Assembly: GCA_964016885.1 (NCBI GenBank)
Contig: OZ024743.1
Location: 18,972,001-19,036,000, forward strand
Reading direction: 5' to 3'
Length of the DNA stretch: 64,000 nt
Origin: Eledone cirrhosa
Taxonomy: Eukaryota
The position numbers and the translations under genes are program-made. Shown one piece after another: positions 37,751-50,444 of the stretch; position 1 is the first letter of the stretch; every line of letters starts with the position of its first letter. The notes under the pieces are model-generated. The model was not told the origin of the DNA. It saw only the letters and a list, made by a program, of their open reading frames with translations, and did not search any database.

Positions 37751-38190
37751 CAATTGAATATATGAGAGGGATGAACACCGATACAGGTATACATGTGTTC
37801 GTATTGCAAATGACCAAGTTAGCTAGGTTGAAAAAATACTGATTTAAAACAATATGGTTTGCTTGTCTCGATTTAAAGTAATACATCAATAAAAATAACA
37901 AACCTATATCGGGCAACTGCCTTTGATCTATCCGGGTATGAAAGGCAGTTCCCCGATATAGGTTTGTTATTTTTATTGATTTATTACTTTAAACCGAGAC
38001 AGGCAAACCATATTGATTTAAGCTTGTATTTTTTCAACCTAGCTAACTTGGTAATTTGCAATTCGAACACATGTATACCTGTATCGGGGTTCATCCCACT
38101 CATATATTCAATTGTATTACACGGCTCAGAAAGATTCCCGTCCTTGAGCTATTTAATTGTAAAAGACTATTTTGAGTTTCTAACTCAATC
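37750..38190. mobile_element. Fold-back element (~175-bp arms 37750-37924 / 37941-38114, tail) between (GATA)n and (TA)n
   Basis: AACAAACCTATATCGGG.AACTGCCTTT is mirrored by AAAGGCAGTT.CCCGATATAGGTTTGTT. Confidence 0.8.
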
Positions 38191-38191
38191 T

Positions 38192-38259
<68 letters not shown>

Positions 38260-38261
<2 letters not shown>

Positions 38262-38702
38262 TATTTATGTATACGTACATACATATATGTATACAGACGT
38301 ACAGTAGCATGTATATATATACATACATGCACACATATACATATGTACGTATCGGTTTACCGAACATTTATTATAATGGTCGGTTTGTTTGTTTGTAAAC
38401 GAACAAACATCCCGAATTAAGCCGTAGAGTGTTCAGCCAACCTTCGTCGCCCTTTTGTTCAACACTGACACAGGAACAATGTAATAGTTTCAAGCCTATT
38501 AGCTATCGTCAGCATCGTATACCTTTCTGTCAGATGATTGAACGTCTGAAAGTATATACTTACCGTGTGCATATTAACGGCTGAGCAGCCTAATTTGCAT
38601 ATTGACTGAGTTAGTCGGCCAGTACCTATACATACATACTTACATTTAAGTATCAGCCGTACTAAGAGTGAGAAATGAAATTTCGTTTCATTCTTCTCCA
38701 AT

Positions 38703-38703
<1 letters not shown>
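38260..38703. mobile_element. Repeat family A, copy 2
   Basis: Same blocks as 6095-6480; hammerhead on the minus strand at ~38475-38517 with helix III mutated. Confidence 0.8.
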
Positions 38704-38780
<77 letters not shown>

Positions 38781-38810
38781 TATATATATATGTGTATATA
38801 TATATATATA

Positions 38811-39371
38811 CAGGGGATGGACAAAATAATGGAAACACCCAGCATCATAGCATAATAATTTTAAAATATCTATAAAACCGTCAAAAGCTTGTTTATCTTT
38901 ATTGTTCTCGGTGGTCATTAAGCTCCGCAGTACTTTTGGGAGCTGCACTTTTGTGATACTTTCTAACAATTCCGCTAAGAGTCCGACGGTCCCTATCTAA
39001 AAGTTTTGGTTTTCTTACAGAGTTTTGTTTAGACGAGGAGGTTTTTCCCTCTTTCTCGAAGGATGTCATTACTTTCGAGACAGTACTTCGTGATACACCA
39101 AACTTTCGGCTGTTTTTGTTACGCTAGCGCCTGCCATACGAGCACCAACAATTTAACCTCTTTGAAAGTCCGATAGATCTGTCATTTTAATGAATTTTAA
39201 TTACCTTTTTTTGATGATATCTGAAACGAAATAACAATTTTAACAAAACATCTTAAGCAACACTAATAATAAATCAAAAATCATAAAACAAACAAGCTTT
39301 TGACGGTTTTATAGATATTTCAAAATTATGATGCTATAATGCTATGGTGTTTCCATTATTTTGTCCAACCA

Positions 39372-39374
<3 letters not shown>
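38811..39374 (-). mobile_element. Internally deleted Tc1/mariner DNA transposon
   Basis: TA-flanked TIRs CAGGGGATGGACAAAATAATGGAAACACC / GGTGTTTCCATTATTTTGTCCAACCACTG extending ~80 bp; minus-strand HTH remnant MTDLSDFQRG*IVGARMAGASVTKTA..GVSRSTVSKV from 39185. Confidence 0.9.
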
Positions 39375-39438
<64 letters not shown>

Positions 39439-39566
39439 AAGTTATATTTAAAATTGTTGGGTTACAACTAGTAAATATTTATAACTGATATAAAAGCACT
39501 CGACAAATATTTGGAGTATATTTACAATATTAAATAAATGGAAAACTATATTTATAAAACCATATT

Positions 39567-39632
39567 TATTTCATTATATATATTTCGGGGATATCATATT
39601 AACAATATGCTATGCCTTCATCAGACAAAATA
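39567..39632 (-). ncRNA. Hammerhead motif in 3' pLTR
   Basis: Reverse complement of the 46234-46299 motif. Confidence 0.7.
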
Positions 39633-39993
39633 CAATATAAACAGTTTTATAGATAAATATATTCGACATACCGTAATAAACATCAACTTCATTTGAAGAG
39701 GTTTACTCTAGCAGTGAAAATACAGAGAGAAAGAAAGAGAGAGAGAAAAGAGGGAAATAAGAAAGAAAGAAAGACAAAACGAAGAAAAGGAAGAAAAAGA
39801 AGAAAAAGAAAAAGAAGAAATGCATGGGACAGAATAGAGAGATGGAAAAATAGATAAAGCGAAGAGCTTCATGTAAAGAGACAGAAAGAGATATATATAT
39901 ATAGAGAGAGAGGAAATAGAGATAGATACATATATAAATATAGAAAAATTAGGTAGTGGGAGGTCATTTTGAGTAAGTGTATCAATGATGCAT

Positions 39994-40028
<35 letters not shown>

Positions 40029-41096
40029 GCTCAAGTATTAATGTAAGGGAGATATATAGAGAGATATAGAGAGATATAGAGAGAGAAAAAAATTTAAAAA
40101 TAGCCAGACATATTCGAGGCGTAGAAAACCCTATGTTTTAATGTATTAGTATTTATAAAACTTACACTATATTGTAAATATCAGTATTCCTGAATGAAAC
40201 AAGTATTCACAATGCGTGAAAATTCATTATCTTATGTTTAGTTTTTTAAAAAATTCATATGTCTATGTGACAGCTACAACCATCAATGTGAATCCGACTG
40301 ATTCACTCCGCAAATTCTAAGTTACTGGAAAACATTCTCAATGTGGTATAAAAATTTGAGCGTATTATTATTCTTGCGATTACTCTACAAGATTATCTAT
40401 CAAGCAGAAATAGAGAGCAGATTTCAATATACTAATCGAAAATATATATTATATTATAAGCAAAGATAACAATAATAATGATAATAAGTAAAAATATATA
40501 AAAATATAGAATAGAAAACTAAAAAAGAATATTACGAAAGAATATTACATAATAAAAATATTGCATATTAAAAATACTACGTATTAAAAATATTACGTAT
40601 TAAAAATTTACATATAAAAATATTAAAAATAAAAATAAAATAAAATAAAATAAAAAAAAATAAAAATATTATAGAATACTACAATACTAAAAGAATAAAA
40701 ATAAAAACAAAAATAAAAATAAAAATAAAAATAAAAATAAAAATAAAAATAAAAGTAAAAATGAAAATAAAAATAAACCACAAAGAACAACCCTTCAAAG
40801 TTAATTGACAATATATTGCCAAGTTCACTACAAGACAAAGCCAAAGGTTATCTATCAGATCACGTCTAGCAAGGAATATCGCAAAAAAGATTATGATGTC
40901 CAATAATGTCTACATATGTTCCTATATTTAATATATAAGTTTATCAAGTGTAAGGTTAATTCAAAAAAATTTGGAGCATCGGCTTTTAGGGTAGCTTAAT
41001 TTTTAAAAATAAATAATAAAAAGAGGGAATCAAAGATTTAGGAATCAAAAGATTTATCGGCTAGTTCTCATATAAATATAAATCAAACTAAATATA

Positions 41097-43309
41097 CTAC
41101 ATTTTAAATTTAAATTTATATTTAAACGTTGAGTTTAATCTATGTTTGCAACAACTGAATAAATTTGTCCGTAGGTTAAGGGAATTTTTAGATTTTAGTA
41201 TAAAGAATATCTCCTCTGCGCAGAGGTCACATGTCTCAGAGGATGAATTAAAAGGAATCCCTCTTGAAACTATATTCCAAGCCGTCGAATATCTAACGTT
41301 ATCTAGCTTAAGTTGCCAGAGTACCCCTGATAGTGCCGTTGAAGATTTTTTATTTGGATCTGTGAAAGAATTCTTGTGGTTATTATAGCGAAGTTTAAAT
41401 TCCGTCGATGTGGAACCGACGTAGTTAAAAGAATTAGAGTCAGTATTAACACTACAATTGTATACTATATTTTTAACTAAGCAGTTGTTATTTAACGGAC
41501 ATTTAGATCTATCTCTACAGTTACATTTGTTAACTTGTATATTATTTATGCTATTATCAGTAGGTTTTAAGTTCCTATTATTTATTCTATTAATATTTTG
41601 TGCTAAATTTTTGGTGGATGAGTAGGTTAATTTAATTGTATGCCTATTGAAGATTGAGTGGTACCTATGTGTTCTAGGGAAGCGATTATCAAGAGCTTTG
41701 AAAAATAATTTAGCGATGTGGGTTTTAATGTTTAGTGAGAAAGGGGGGGCAAACCAAATTATGTTCCTAGTTCTATTTCTTTTTTGTCCTTTGGAATTAT
41801 TGTAATGCTTTCTATTATAGTTGTTAATGTTGTTGCCGTAATTAAAAAAGTTGTTACTTTGTTTAGTTTGTTTATCATTATCTATGTACACAATCTTATC
41901 AGCATACCCTGCCCTAGCTAGTGCATCATTATAGTATTGGGCCTTTTCGTCAAAAATCTTTCTATTCGACGAGATCCTAGAGATACATTTTTGGACTGAG
42001 TTTACTATAGGGTTTTTGACAGATCTGGGGTGGTTAGAGTTAAAGTTGACATAGTTTAAGTTTTCATTCAACTTGTGAAAAGGATAGTGGAGACATGTGT
42101 TGAGATTTAATGTTATATCTAGGAAATTGACTATTCTATGGTTGTTCTCAATTTCTATTTTAAGGTTAAAGTAATTAAAAAATTTTGTAATTTGTTTACA
42201 TTTTCTATTTAGTTCAGGGTTATTATTATTAATAAGTAAAAGCATGTCATCCCTATATAAACCACCGGTAGTACCAGGTATTTTCCTATGTAGCGAATTG
42301 ATTAAAAATAAGCCCACAAGGTCAGTTACCTGAGCTGAGTCGGAAGATCCCATAGCTATGTCAAAATTGCTATCTCTATCTGCTCTGGTCCATAATTTGT
42401 CATCAAATTCTATCAAAGTTTTCCTAGCCGATAATATAATATGCATTTCTTTGCTAGTTAGGTCCGTATGTTTGAATGCGTAATTTAGTGCCTTATTTAG
42501 TAGACTAGGGTAATAGAAGAATAATAGTTAGCTATATCAAGTTGAATAAACCTATTATTATTGTCATATTTAATTTGCCTAAACCACTCAACAACCTCTC
42601 CAGTTCCCTTCCACAAGCTCAGGTTAGATACACAATCCAAGTTCTTAATTTGCAGTATCACCCTGTCAAGAATGTTTTTGCTTAATTTGCCCAGGTCCGA
42701 TTTTGAAGGTGCGATCAATCTAACTGGCAGGTCAATCTCAAAATTCCTCTTGTGGTCCTTCATATTGATCTTCGGTTTCCTGGGCACGAAAGGTTGTGTT
42801 CTGTTCTCAATTTCCAACTCATGCATTATACAAGATGCTTCAACATTCATTTTCTCAAGTTCTGCCTTATCTGCTACCTTGTATTTTTTCCTCAGCTCTT
42901 TCAGTATGAGGCCATTATACATGTCTTTCCGCACTCCATAGAGGTTGTTGGTCTTGTCAGATTTCACCAAGATCTTCTCAGTTTTCTCTAAGCTCTCAAT
43001 GTTATCCTTAATGCCTTTCAGATATTCCTGGCCTTTAAAGTTTCTCTTGAATTTGACCCCTTGTATGATAGAAATTATATCGTTTTCAAAGTCAGATAAA
43101 AGTTTGTTAGGGGGTGGATTTCTTTTAGATTTGAAAACTTTGTTTAAGTCCGAGATATTTTCGTCTGCATTAGATTTATCAAAGTGGAATGCACGCCACC
43201 TGATTCTCCTTATAAAAGAGTCAGATTTATCTATTAGTTGTTTTACAAAGTCTTTGTTTCTAGGTAGAGGTATGTCTTTTAGAGAGGAAGTAATCTTAAA
43301 GAATTCCAT
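41097..43309 (-). CDS. PLE RT-GIY-YIG polyprotein (~737 aa once one missing base at 42508-42510 is restored)
   Basis: RIRWRAF, KSDKT.NLY, KDHK..F....PVRLI.PSKSDLG, FIQLDI.NYYSSI, DIAMGS.D.AQ..DLVG, GLYRDD, NFLDITL, SNHP, CNCR...CPL...CL..NIVY, YVGST...FK.RY.NH, CDLC..E, LN.R.....C.H. Confidence 0.9.
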
Positions 43310-43488
43310 TTTTCAGTTATAATATAAAGCGCTCAACAGTATTGGAGCAAGATACATGTAAAGTTATATTTAAAATTGTTGGGTTACAACTAGTAAATAT
43401 TTATAACTGATATAAAAGCACTCGACAAATATTTGGAGTATATTTACAATATTAAATAAATGGAAAACTATATTTATAAAACCATATT

Positions 43489-43554
43489 TATTTCATTATA
43501 TATATTTCGGGGATATCATATTAACAATATGCTATGCCTTCATCAGACAAAATA
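43489..43554 (-). ncRNA. Hammerhead motif in 5' pLTR, ~180 nt upstream of the ORF
   Basis: Reverse complement of the 46234-46299 motif. Confidence 0.7.
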
Positions 43555-43919
43555 CAATATAAACAGTTTTATAGATAAATATATTCGACATACCGTAATA
43601 AACATCAACTTCATTTGAAGAGGTTTACTCTAGCAGTGAAAATACAGAGAGAAAGAAAGAGAGAGAGAAAAGAGGGAAATAAGAAAGAAAGAAAGACAAA
43701 ACGAAGAAAAGGAAGAAAAAGAAGAAAAAGAAAAAGAAGAAATGCATGGGACAGAATAGAGAGATGGAAAAATAGATAAAGCGAAGAGCTTCATGTAAAG
43801 AGACAGAAAGATATATATATATATAGAGAGAGAGAGAGGAAATAGAGATAGATACATATATAAATATAGAAAAATTAGGTAGTGGGAGGTCATTTTGAGT
43901 AAGTGTATCAATGATGCAT

Positions 43920-43954
<35 letters not shown>

Positions 43955-46233
43955 GCTCAAGTATTAATGTAAGGGAGATATATAGAGAGATATAGAGAGA
44001 TATAGAGAGAGAAAAAAATTTAAAAATAGCCAGACATATTCGAGGCGTAGAAAACCCTATGTTTTAATGTATTAGTATTTATAAAACTTACACTATATTG
44101 TAAATATCAGTATTCCTGAATGAAACAAGTATTCACAATGCGTGAAAATTCATTATCTTATGTTTAGTTTTTTAAAAAATTCATATGTCTATGTGACAGC
44201 TACAACCATCAATGTGAATCCGACTGATTCACTCCGCAAATTCTAAGTTACTGGAAAACATTCTCAATGTGGTATAAAAATTTGAGCGTATTATTATTCT
44301 TGCGATTACTCTACAAGATTATCTATCAAGCAGAAATATGTCCGTTAAATAACAACTGCTTAGTTAAAAATATAGTATACAATTGTAGTGTTAATACTGA
44401 CTCTAATTCTTTTAACTACGTCGGTTCCACATCGACGGAATTTAAACTTCGCTATAATAACCACAAGAATTCTTTCACAGATCCAAATAAAAAATCTTCA
44501 ACGGCACTATCAGGGGTACTCTGGCAACTTAAGCTAGATAACGTTAGATATTCGACGGCTTGGAATATAGTTTCAAGAGGGATTCCTTTTAATTCATCCT
44601 CTGAGACATGTGACCTCTGCGCAGAGGAGATATTCTTTATACTAAAATCTAAAAATTCCCTTAACCTACGGACAAATTTATTCAGTTGTTGCAAACATAG
44701 ATTAAACTCAACGTTTAAATATAAATTTAAATTTAAAATGTAGTATATTTAGTTTGATTTATATTTATATGAGAACTAGCCGATAAATCTTTTGATTCCT
44801 AAATCTTTGATTCCCTCTTTTTATTATTTATTTTTAAAAATTAAGCTACCCTAAAAGCCGATGCTCCAAATTTTTTTGAATTAACCTTACACTTGATAAA
44901 CTTATATATTAAATATAGGAACATATGTAGACATTATTGGACATCATAATCTTTTTTGCGATATTCCTTGCTAGACGTGATCTGATAGATAACCTTTGGC
45001 TTTGTCTTGTAGTGAACTTGGCAATATATTGTCAATTAACTTTGAAGGGTTGTTCTTTGTGGTTTATTTTTATTTTCATTTTTACTTTTATTTTTATTTT
45101 TATTTTTATTTTTATTTTTATTTTTATTTTTATTTTTATTTTTATTTTTATTTTTATTTTTATTCTTTTAGTATTGTAGTATTCTATAATATTTTTTTTT
45201 TTTTTATTTTATTTTATTTTATTTTATTTTTATTTTTAATATTTTTATATGTAAATTTTTAATACGTAATATTTTTAATACGTAGTATTTTTAATATGCA
45301 ATATTTTTATTATGTAATATTCTTTCGTAATATTCTTTTTTAGTTTTCTATTCTATATTTTTATATATTTTTACTTATTATCATTATTATTGTTATCTTT
45401 GCTTATAATATAATATATATTTTCGATTAGTATATTGAAATCTGCTCTCTATTTCTGCTTGATAGATAATCTTGTAGAGTAATCGCAAGAATAATAATAC
45501 GCTCAAATTTTTATACCACATTGAGAATGTTTTCCAGTAACTTAGAATTTGCGGAGTGAATCAGTCGGATTCACATTGATGGTTGTAGCTGTCACATAGA
45601 CATATGAATTTTTTAAAAAACTAAACATAAGATAATGAATTTTCACGCATTGTGAATACTTGTTTCATTCAGGAATACTGATATTTACAATATAGTGTAA
45701 GTTTTATAAATACTAATACATTAAAACATAGGGTTTTCTACGCCTCGAATATGTCTGGCTATTTTTAAATTTTTTTCTCTCTCTATATCTCTCTATATCT
45801 CTCTATATATCTCCCTTACATTAATACTTGAGCTAAATTAATAAATAAATAAATAAATAAATAAATAAATGCATCATTGATACACTTACTCAAAATGACC
45901 TCCCACTACCTAATTTTTCTATATTTATATATGTATCTATCTCTATTTCCTCTCTCTCTCTCTATATATATATATATCTTTCTGTCTCTTTACATGAAGC
46001 TCTTCGCTTTATCTATTTTTCCATCTCTCTATTCTGTCCCATGCATTTCTTCTTTTTCTTTTTCTTCTTTTTCTTCCTTTTCTTCGTTTTGTCTTTCTTT
46101 CTTTCTTATTTCCCTCTTTTCTCTCTCTCTTTCTTTCTCTCTGTATTTTCACTGCTAGAGTAAACCTCTTCAAATGAAGTTGATGTTTATTACGGTATGT
46201 CGAATATATTTATCTATAAAACTGTTTATATTG

Positions 46234-46299
46234 TATTTTGTCTGATGAAGGCATAGCATATTGTTAATATGATATCCCCGAAATATATATAATGAAATA
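46234..46299 (+). ncRNA. Hammerhead motif in the inverted pLTR
   Basis: TATTTTGT-CTGATGA-AGG...CCCC-GAAA-T-ATAT-A-TA-ATGAAATA; helix I is 8 bp with two GU pairs. Confidence 0.7.
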
Positions 46300-46344
46300 A
46301 ATATGGTTTTATAAATATAGTTTTCCATTTATTTAATATTTAAT

Positions 46345-46398
<54 letters not shown>

Positions 46399-46559
46399 GT
46401 CCTTCATCATTGATCTTCCAACCTTAATTGGTATATCATCGCTTTAAAGACCATATACCTCCTGTTGGTGCGAACAGCGGCTAAAGAAAGTAGTTGGAAA
46501 CGTAAATAAGGGGAACGAGCGAGACAGTAAACAATCAAAGATGGTAATGCAACGAAAAT

Positions 46560-46820
46560 TGAGGAAGTCCAGTCCCTGAAATCGATGAACATAAGTTATG
46601 TGAACTCGTGGACGAGAGAGAATAGAGACTATCAAACCTGGTCGAAATGTGAGTAATTAAAGAATTTCGCACAGGTCAAACGGGAGGAAGAAGGAGTCAT
46701 GTCCCTGAAATCGATGAACATAAGTTCTGTGAAATCGTAGACGAGAGAGAATAAATACCATCCGACCTGGTTAAAGTGTGCGCGAGGAAAGAATCTCCCA
46801 CAGGTCAAACGGGAGGAGGT
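46560..46820. repeat. Two ~128-bp diverged tandem units
   Basis: GTCCCTGAAATCGATGAACATAAGTT and CACAGGTCAAACGGGAGGA each occur twice. Confidence 0.8.
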
Positions 46821-47926
46821 AGAAGAGGGAGTAGCGGAGAGTGAGTGAATGAAAGTGTGATGAAGAGGCTAACAGAGAGAGTGACAGTTAGAGGGGGTAA
46901 AAGGAAGTGAGAGATTACTTTCCTACGCATAATTCATTACTAGATGACTAATATTCGAAGTACGATGCCACCAACGTATATGCTATTCCACTTCTCCCAC
47001 CAAATATGAGATCTGCTACATCAAACAAACAAAAAATACATACGTTTATACTATATATTATATATCGGTCAAATGTTATCTAAATTGCTGCAGTTGCAAT
47101 GTCATTTAAGATGTAGCTCATTTTTCAAAATATTGAAATACAACCGTTTATAAATTCAAAAACTCCTCTGTATTCCGTTGATTTTATAAATAATACAGAA
47201 TTATAATCGTTTGTGCGAATCCCTATGTAATTCCACTCTCAATAGCTAATAGCTATTTGGAAAATTCAATTATTATTCAATATTGTTTCTTTCGAAACTC
47301 ATTTTCAAAATTATCTCATCCAGCTATCTTGATTTCACAAATAAAGTAGTATGTCTCCAGACTTTGCTTTTCCTAGTATTTCATATTATAAAGGTAGATT
47401 AGTTATTTTCAGTATCATTTTCACACCGCCTCTAGATATTACTCTTACTCCGTCCAATTACGTTTTTGTTAGATATAACTTGCTACGTTATTAACAATTT
47501 CTTCCTTATTTCCATAATCTTCGTATATAATTCTTCTTTGCATTCGCACACCATCTCTCGATAACATTTGATTCACGAGTTACAATGCTCTATTCAAGAG
47601 GGACAAGCCAAATTCATTCTTTATTGAATGGAAGTTTTATATCATAGATGTAAAATCTTAAAATCCTTATAATTTTAACATGCCCCTGGAATGTTTATCA
47701 TTAAAAGATTTAAAACTCTTATTTATTAATAGTAAGATAACAGCATATAGCGTACAACGAAATGACTCCAGATTCATAGAAATGTTAATATAATTCTTTT
47801 TTTCTGTTTATTTCTATTCTGAGTTGGGCTACATTTTGTTATATTGCGCAAAATATAAACACGCATAACATACAATATATTATTTCATATTACATGATAT
47901 CATGACATGTATACATACACGTGTAG

Positions 47927-48382
<456 letters not shown>

Positions 48383-48727
48383 ATATATATATATATATAT
48401 TTCGTTTCTGAATTTGTTTAACAAGATTCTTTATCTGAAAACGTGTGTTGAAACCGATATTGTTATACTTTGGGAGGGTCATGTTGCCAATAAGAAACAC
48501 ACGCACCAGTCGCTTTCACTTCAATTTATTATAAATTTAAAAAAAAAAAAAAAAAATGTTAAATTTCCGGTTGATTGGTGGGTTGGTTCCACAACCGGAC
48601 GGTTGTTCATATATTGTCAAAGTTCTTTCGTCACACATTCGGTGACCTCTTCAGTGACTGGGGATTATTTTCTTTGTTTTCTGCCTCTCTTTTGTTCTGT
48701 CCTACGCCATCTTGTTTTTGTGTGTGT

Positions 48728-49355
48728 AAAATCAACCACAGGAGGTCAAATCCTATGTGGGTATGGTGGAGGGCCGATTTAAGAAAGGCTTCATGAACCA
48801 CCAGTCTACCTTTAGATACCGGGACACAGACGTTCATCCACGAAACTCGCGAGCCACATATGGTCCCACAAGGACTCATGTATAGACTACTCCATTCAAT
48901 AGAAAGCCATACGCAAGGCGAAATCCGTCGTGTGGACTATGTATTGATGAGCCAATAAATATTCTAAAGAGATTATGCAATAGTGATTGCCTAAACACGA
49001 GAAATGAATTTTTCACACGTTGTCCACACATCTCGAAACACCTCTTACATAACTACAAATCTCCGGATTGAATGACAACTTCCTAATTTTCTTACCAACT
49101 AGAAACTTTTCGGACTTTCGCTGTTATCTCCCTTACACCTCTCGCACGCTTTTTAGTATTTCTGTACATGCGCGTTCGTACGGTTGTCTTTCCTGTTCCG
49201 TATAACTATGTCCATTACGAGCTGAGGATCCGCTAAGGTGAAACAATTGTTCTCGGTATGGCGAACAAACTGTTGTATAACCACTTCTACCTAACTCGTT
49301 CCATGGACTGAGTGCTCTACACTACCACTACAGATATTACCTTACAGTGTTCTAC

Positions 49356-49360
<5 letters not shown>
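48728..49360 (+). mobile_element. 5'-truncated PLE (Naiad-like) fragment: GIY-YIG remnant + pLTR
   Basis: Frameshifted EVKSYVGMVEGRFKKGFMNHQSTFRY...STKLASHIWSHKD..IDYSIQ...CGLC; hammerhead downstream; ends at a TA tract. Confidence 0.75.
49212..49261 (+). ncRNA. Minimal hammerhead ribozyme motif
   Basis: CCAT..CGAG-CTGAGGA-T-CC-GCTAA-GG-T-GAAAC-AATT-GTT-CTCG..ATGG. Confidence 0.8.
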
Positions 49361-49417
<57 letters not shown>

Positions 49418-50397
49418 CATTCTTGAATTTGTTTTGCGAGATTTGTTATCTGAAATCGTGTGTTGCAACAGATATTGTTATACTTTGCAAGGGTCATGTT
49501 GTAATAGAAACACACGTACCTGTTGCTTTTCACTCACTTCAATTTATTATAAATTTCTGGTTAGTTATTGATTCAATAACCAAAAGGCAGGTTATATATT
49601 GTCAAATCCCTTTCGTCTTACTTTCTGTGACTTCCTCAGTGACTAAGTTTGTATGTTGTGTGTCTCTACTTAATTATTTAAATCTATTACTTTGTCAGTA
49701 GTTGGTTGTTTGTTCTATCTGTGTGTGTCTGATTAGTTTGGTTAGTTTGGTTTTTGTGTCTCCCTGCATATCTTAATTTTCACATTAATGTATAATGAAT
49801 TGAAGTGAAAACCAACAGTATAACAATATATATATATATGTTTAGACAAATCACAGAGGCAATAAACATAAAATAATTACAACCAAAATTAAATAGAAAA
49901 CATGAGTGGAACAGCAACATCACAACTTACAATTAAGGACAAAATGAAAACACACACGCACATAGAACAAACAACCAACCACTAACATGTAAATAAACAA
50001 ATAAATAAACGAATATAAACACACACAGACACCCGGATGTGGCGCATGCGCAGACTGAGCACACAACACACTCACAGAAACAAGATGGCGTAGGACAGAA
50101 CAAAGGAGAGGCACAAAAACAAAGAAAATAAAAGAATCCCCAGTCACTGAAAAGGTCACAGAATGTGTGACGAAAAAACTTTGACAATATATAAACAACC
50201 ATCTGGTTGTGGAACCAACCAACCAACAGGAAATTTATAAATTCCTAAATTTATAAATGTATTATAATAAATTGAAGTGTAAGCAACTGGTGCGTGTGTT
50301 TCTTATTGGAAACATGACCCTCCCAAAGTATAACAAGATATATATAAATATAGTTATAGGAATAAACAAAGAGTGCTTAAAAATACATTGTTTTATT

Positions 50398-50444
50398 AGC
50401 TAACGGTGTTTCATCCTTACACCATGGCAGGAATCCTCAGAGCC
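50398..50444 (-). ncRNA. Hammerhead motif in 3' pLTR
   Basis: GGCT-CTGAGGA-T-TCCT...AGGA-T-GAAAC-ACC-GTT-AGCT. Confidence 0.75.

Larger units (their letters stand above)
39433..46350 (-). mobile_element. Young Penelope-like element (Naiad-like) with tandem pLTR and 5' inverted segment, inserted in (TA)n
   Basis: 39433-40410 is repeated at 43352-44337; 44337-46350 is an inverted copy of ~39523-41502; the copies differ mainly in microsatellite length. Confidence 0.95.
48400..50337. repeat. Dispersed repeat family B: copies 48400-48725 (+), 49412-49645 (+, diverged), 50078-50337 (-); fragment at 59631-59673
   Basis: Shared TTGTTATACTTTGGGAGGGTCATGTT and GGTTGGTTCCACAACC blocks. Confidence 0.75.

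Noticed and set aside
44267-44743. 158-aa stand-alone GIY-YIG ORF
   Set aside because: Chimera across the inversion junction: the first ~24 aa come from antisense 3' UTR sequence, and the rest duplicates the end of the 41097 ORF.
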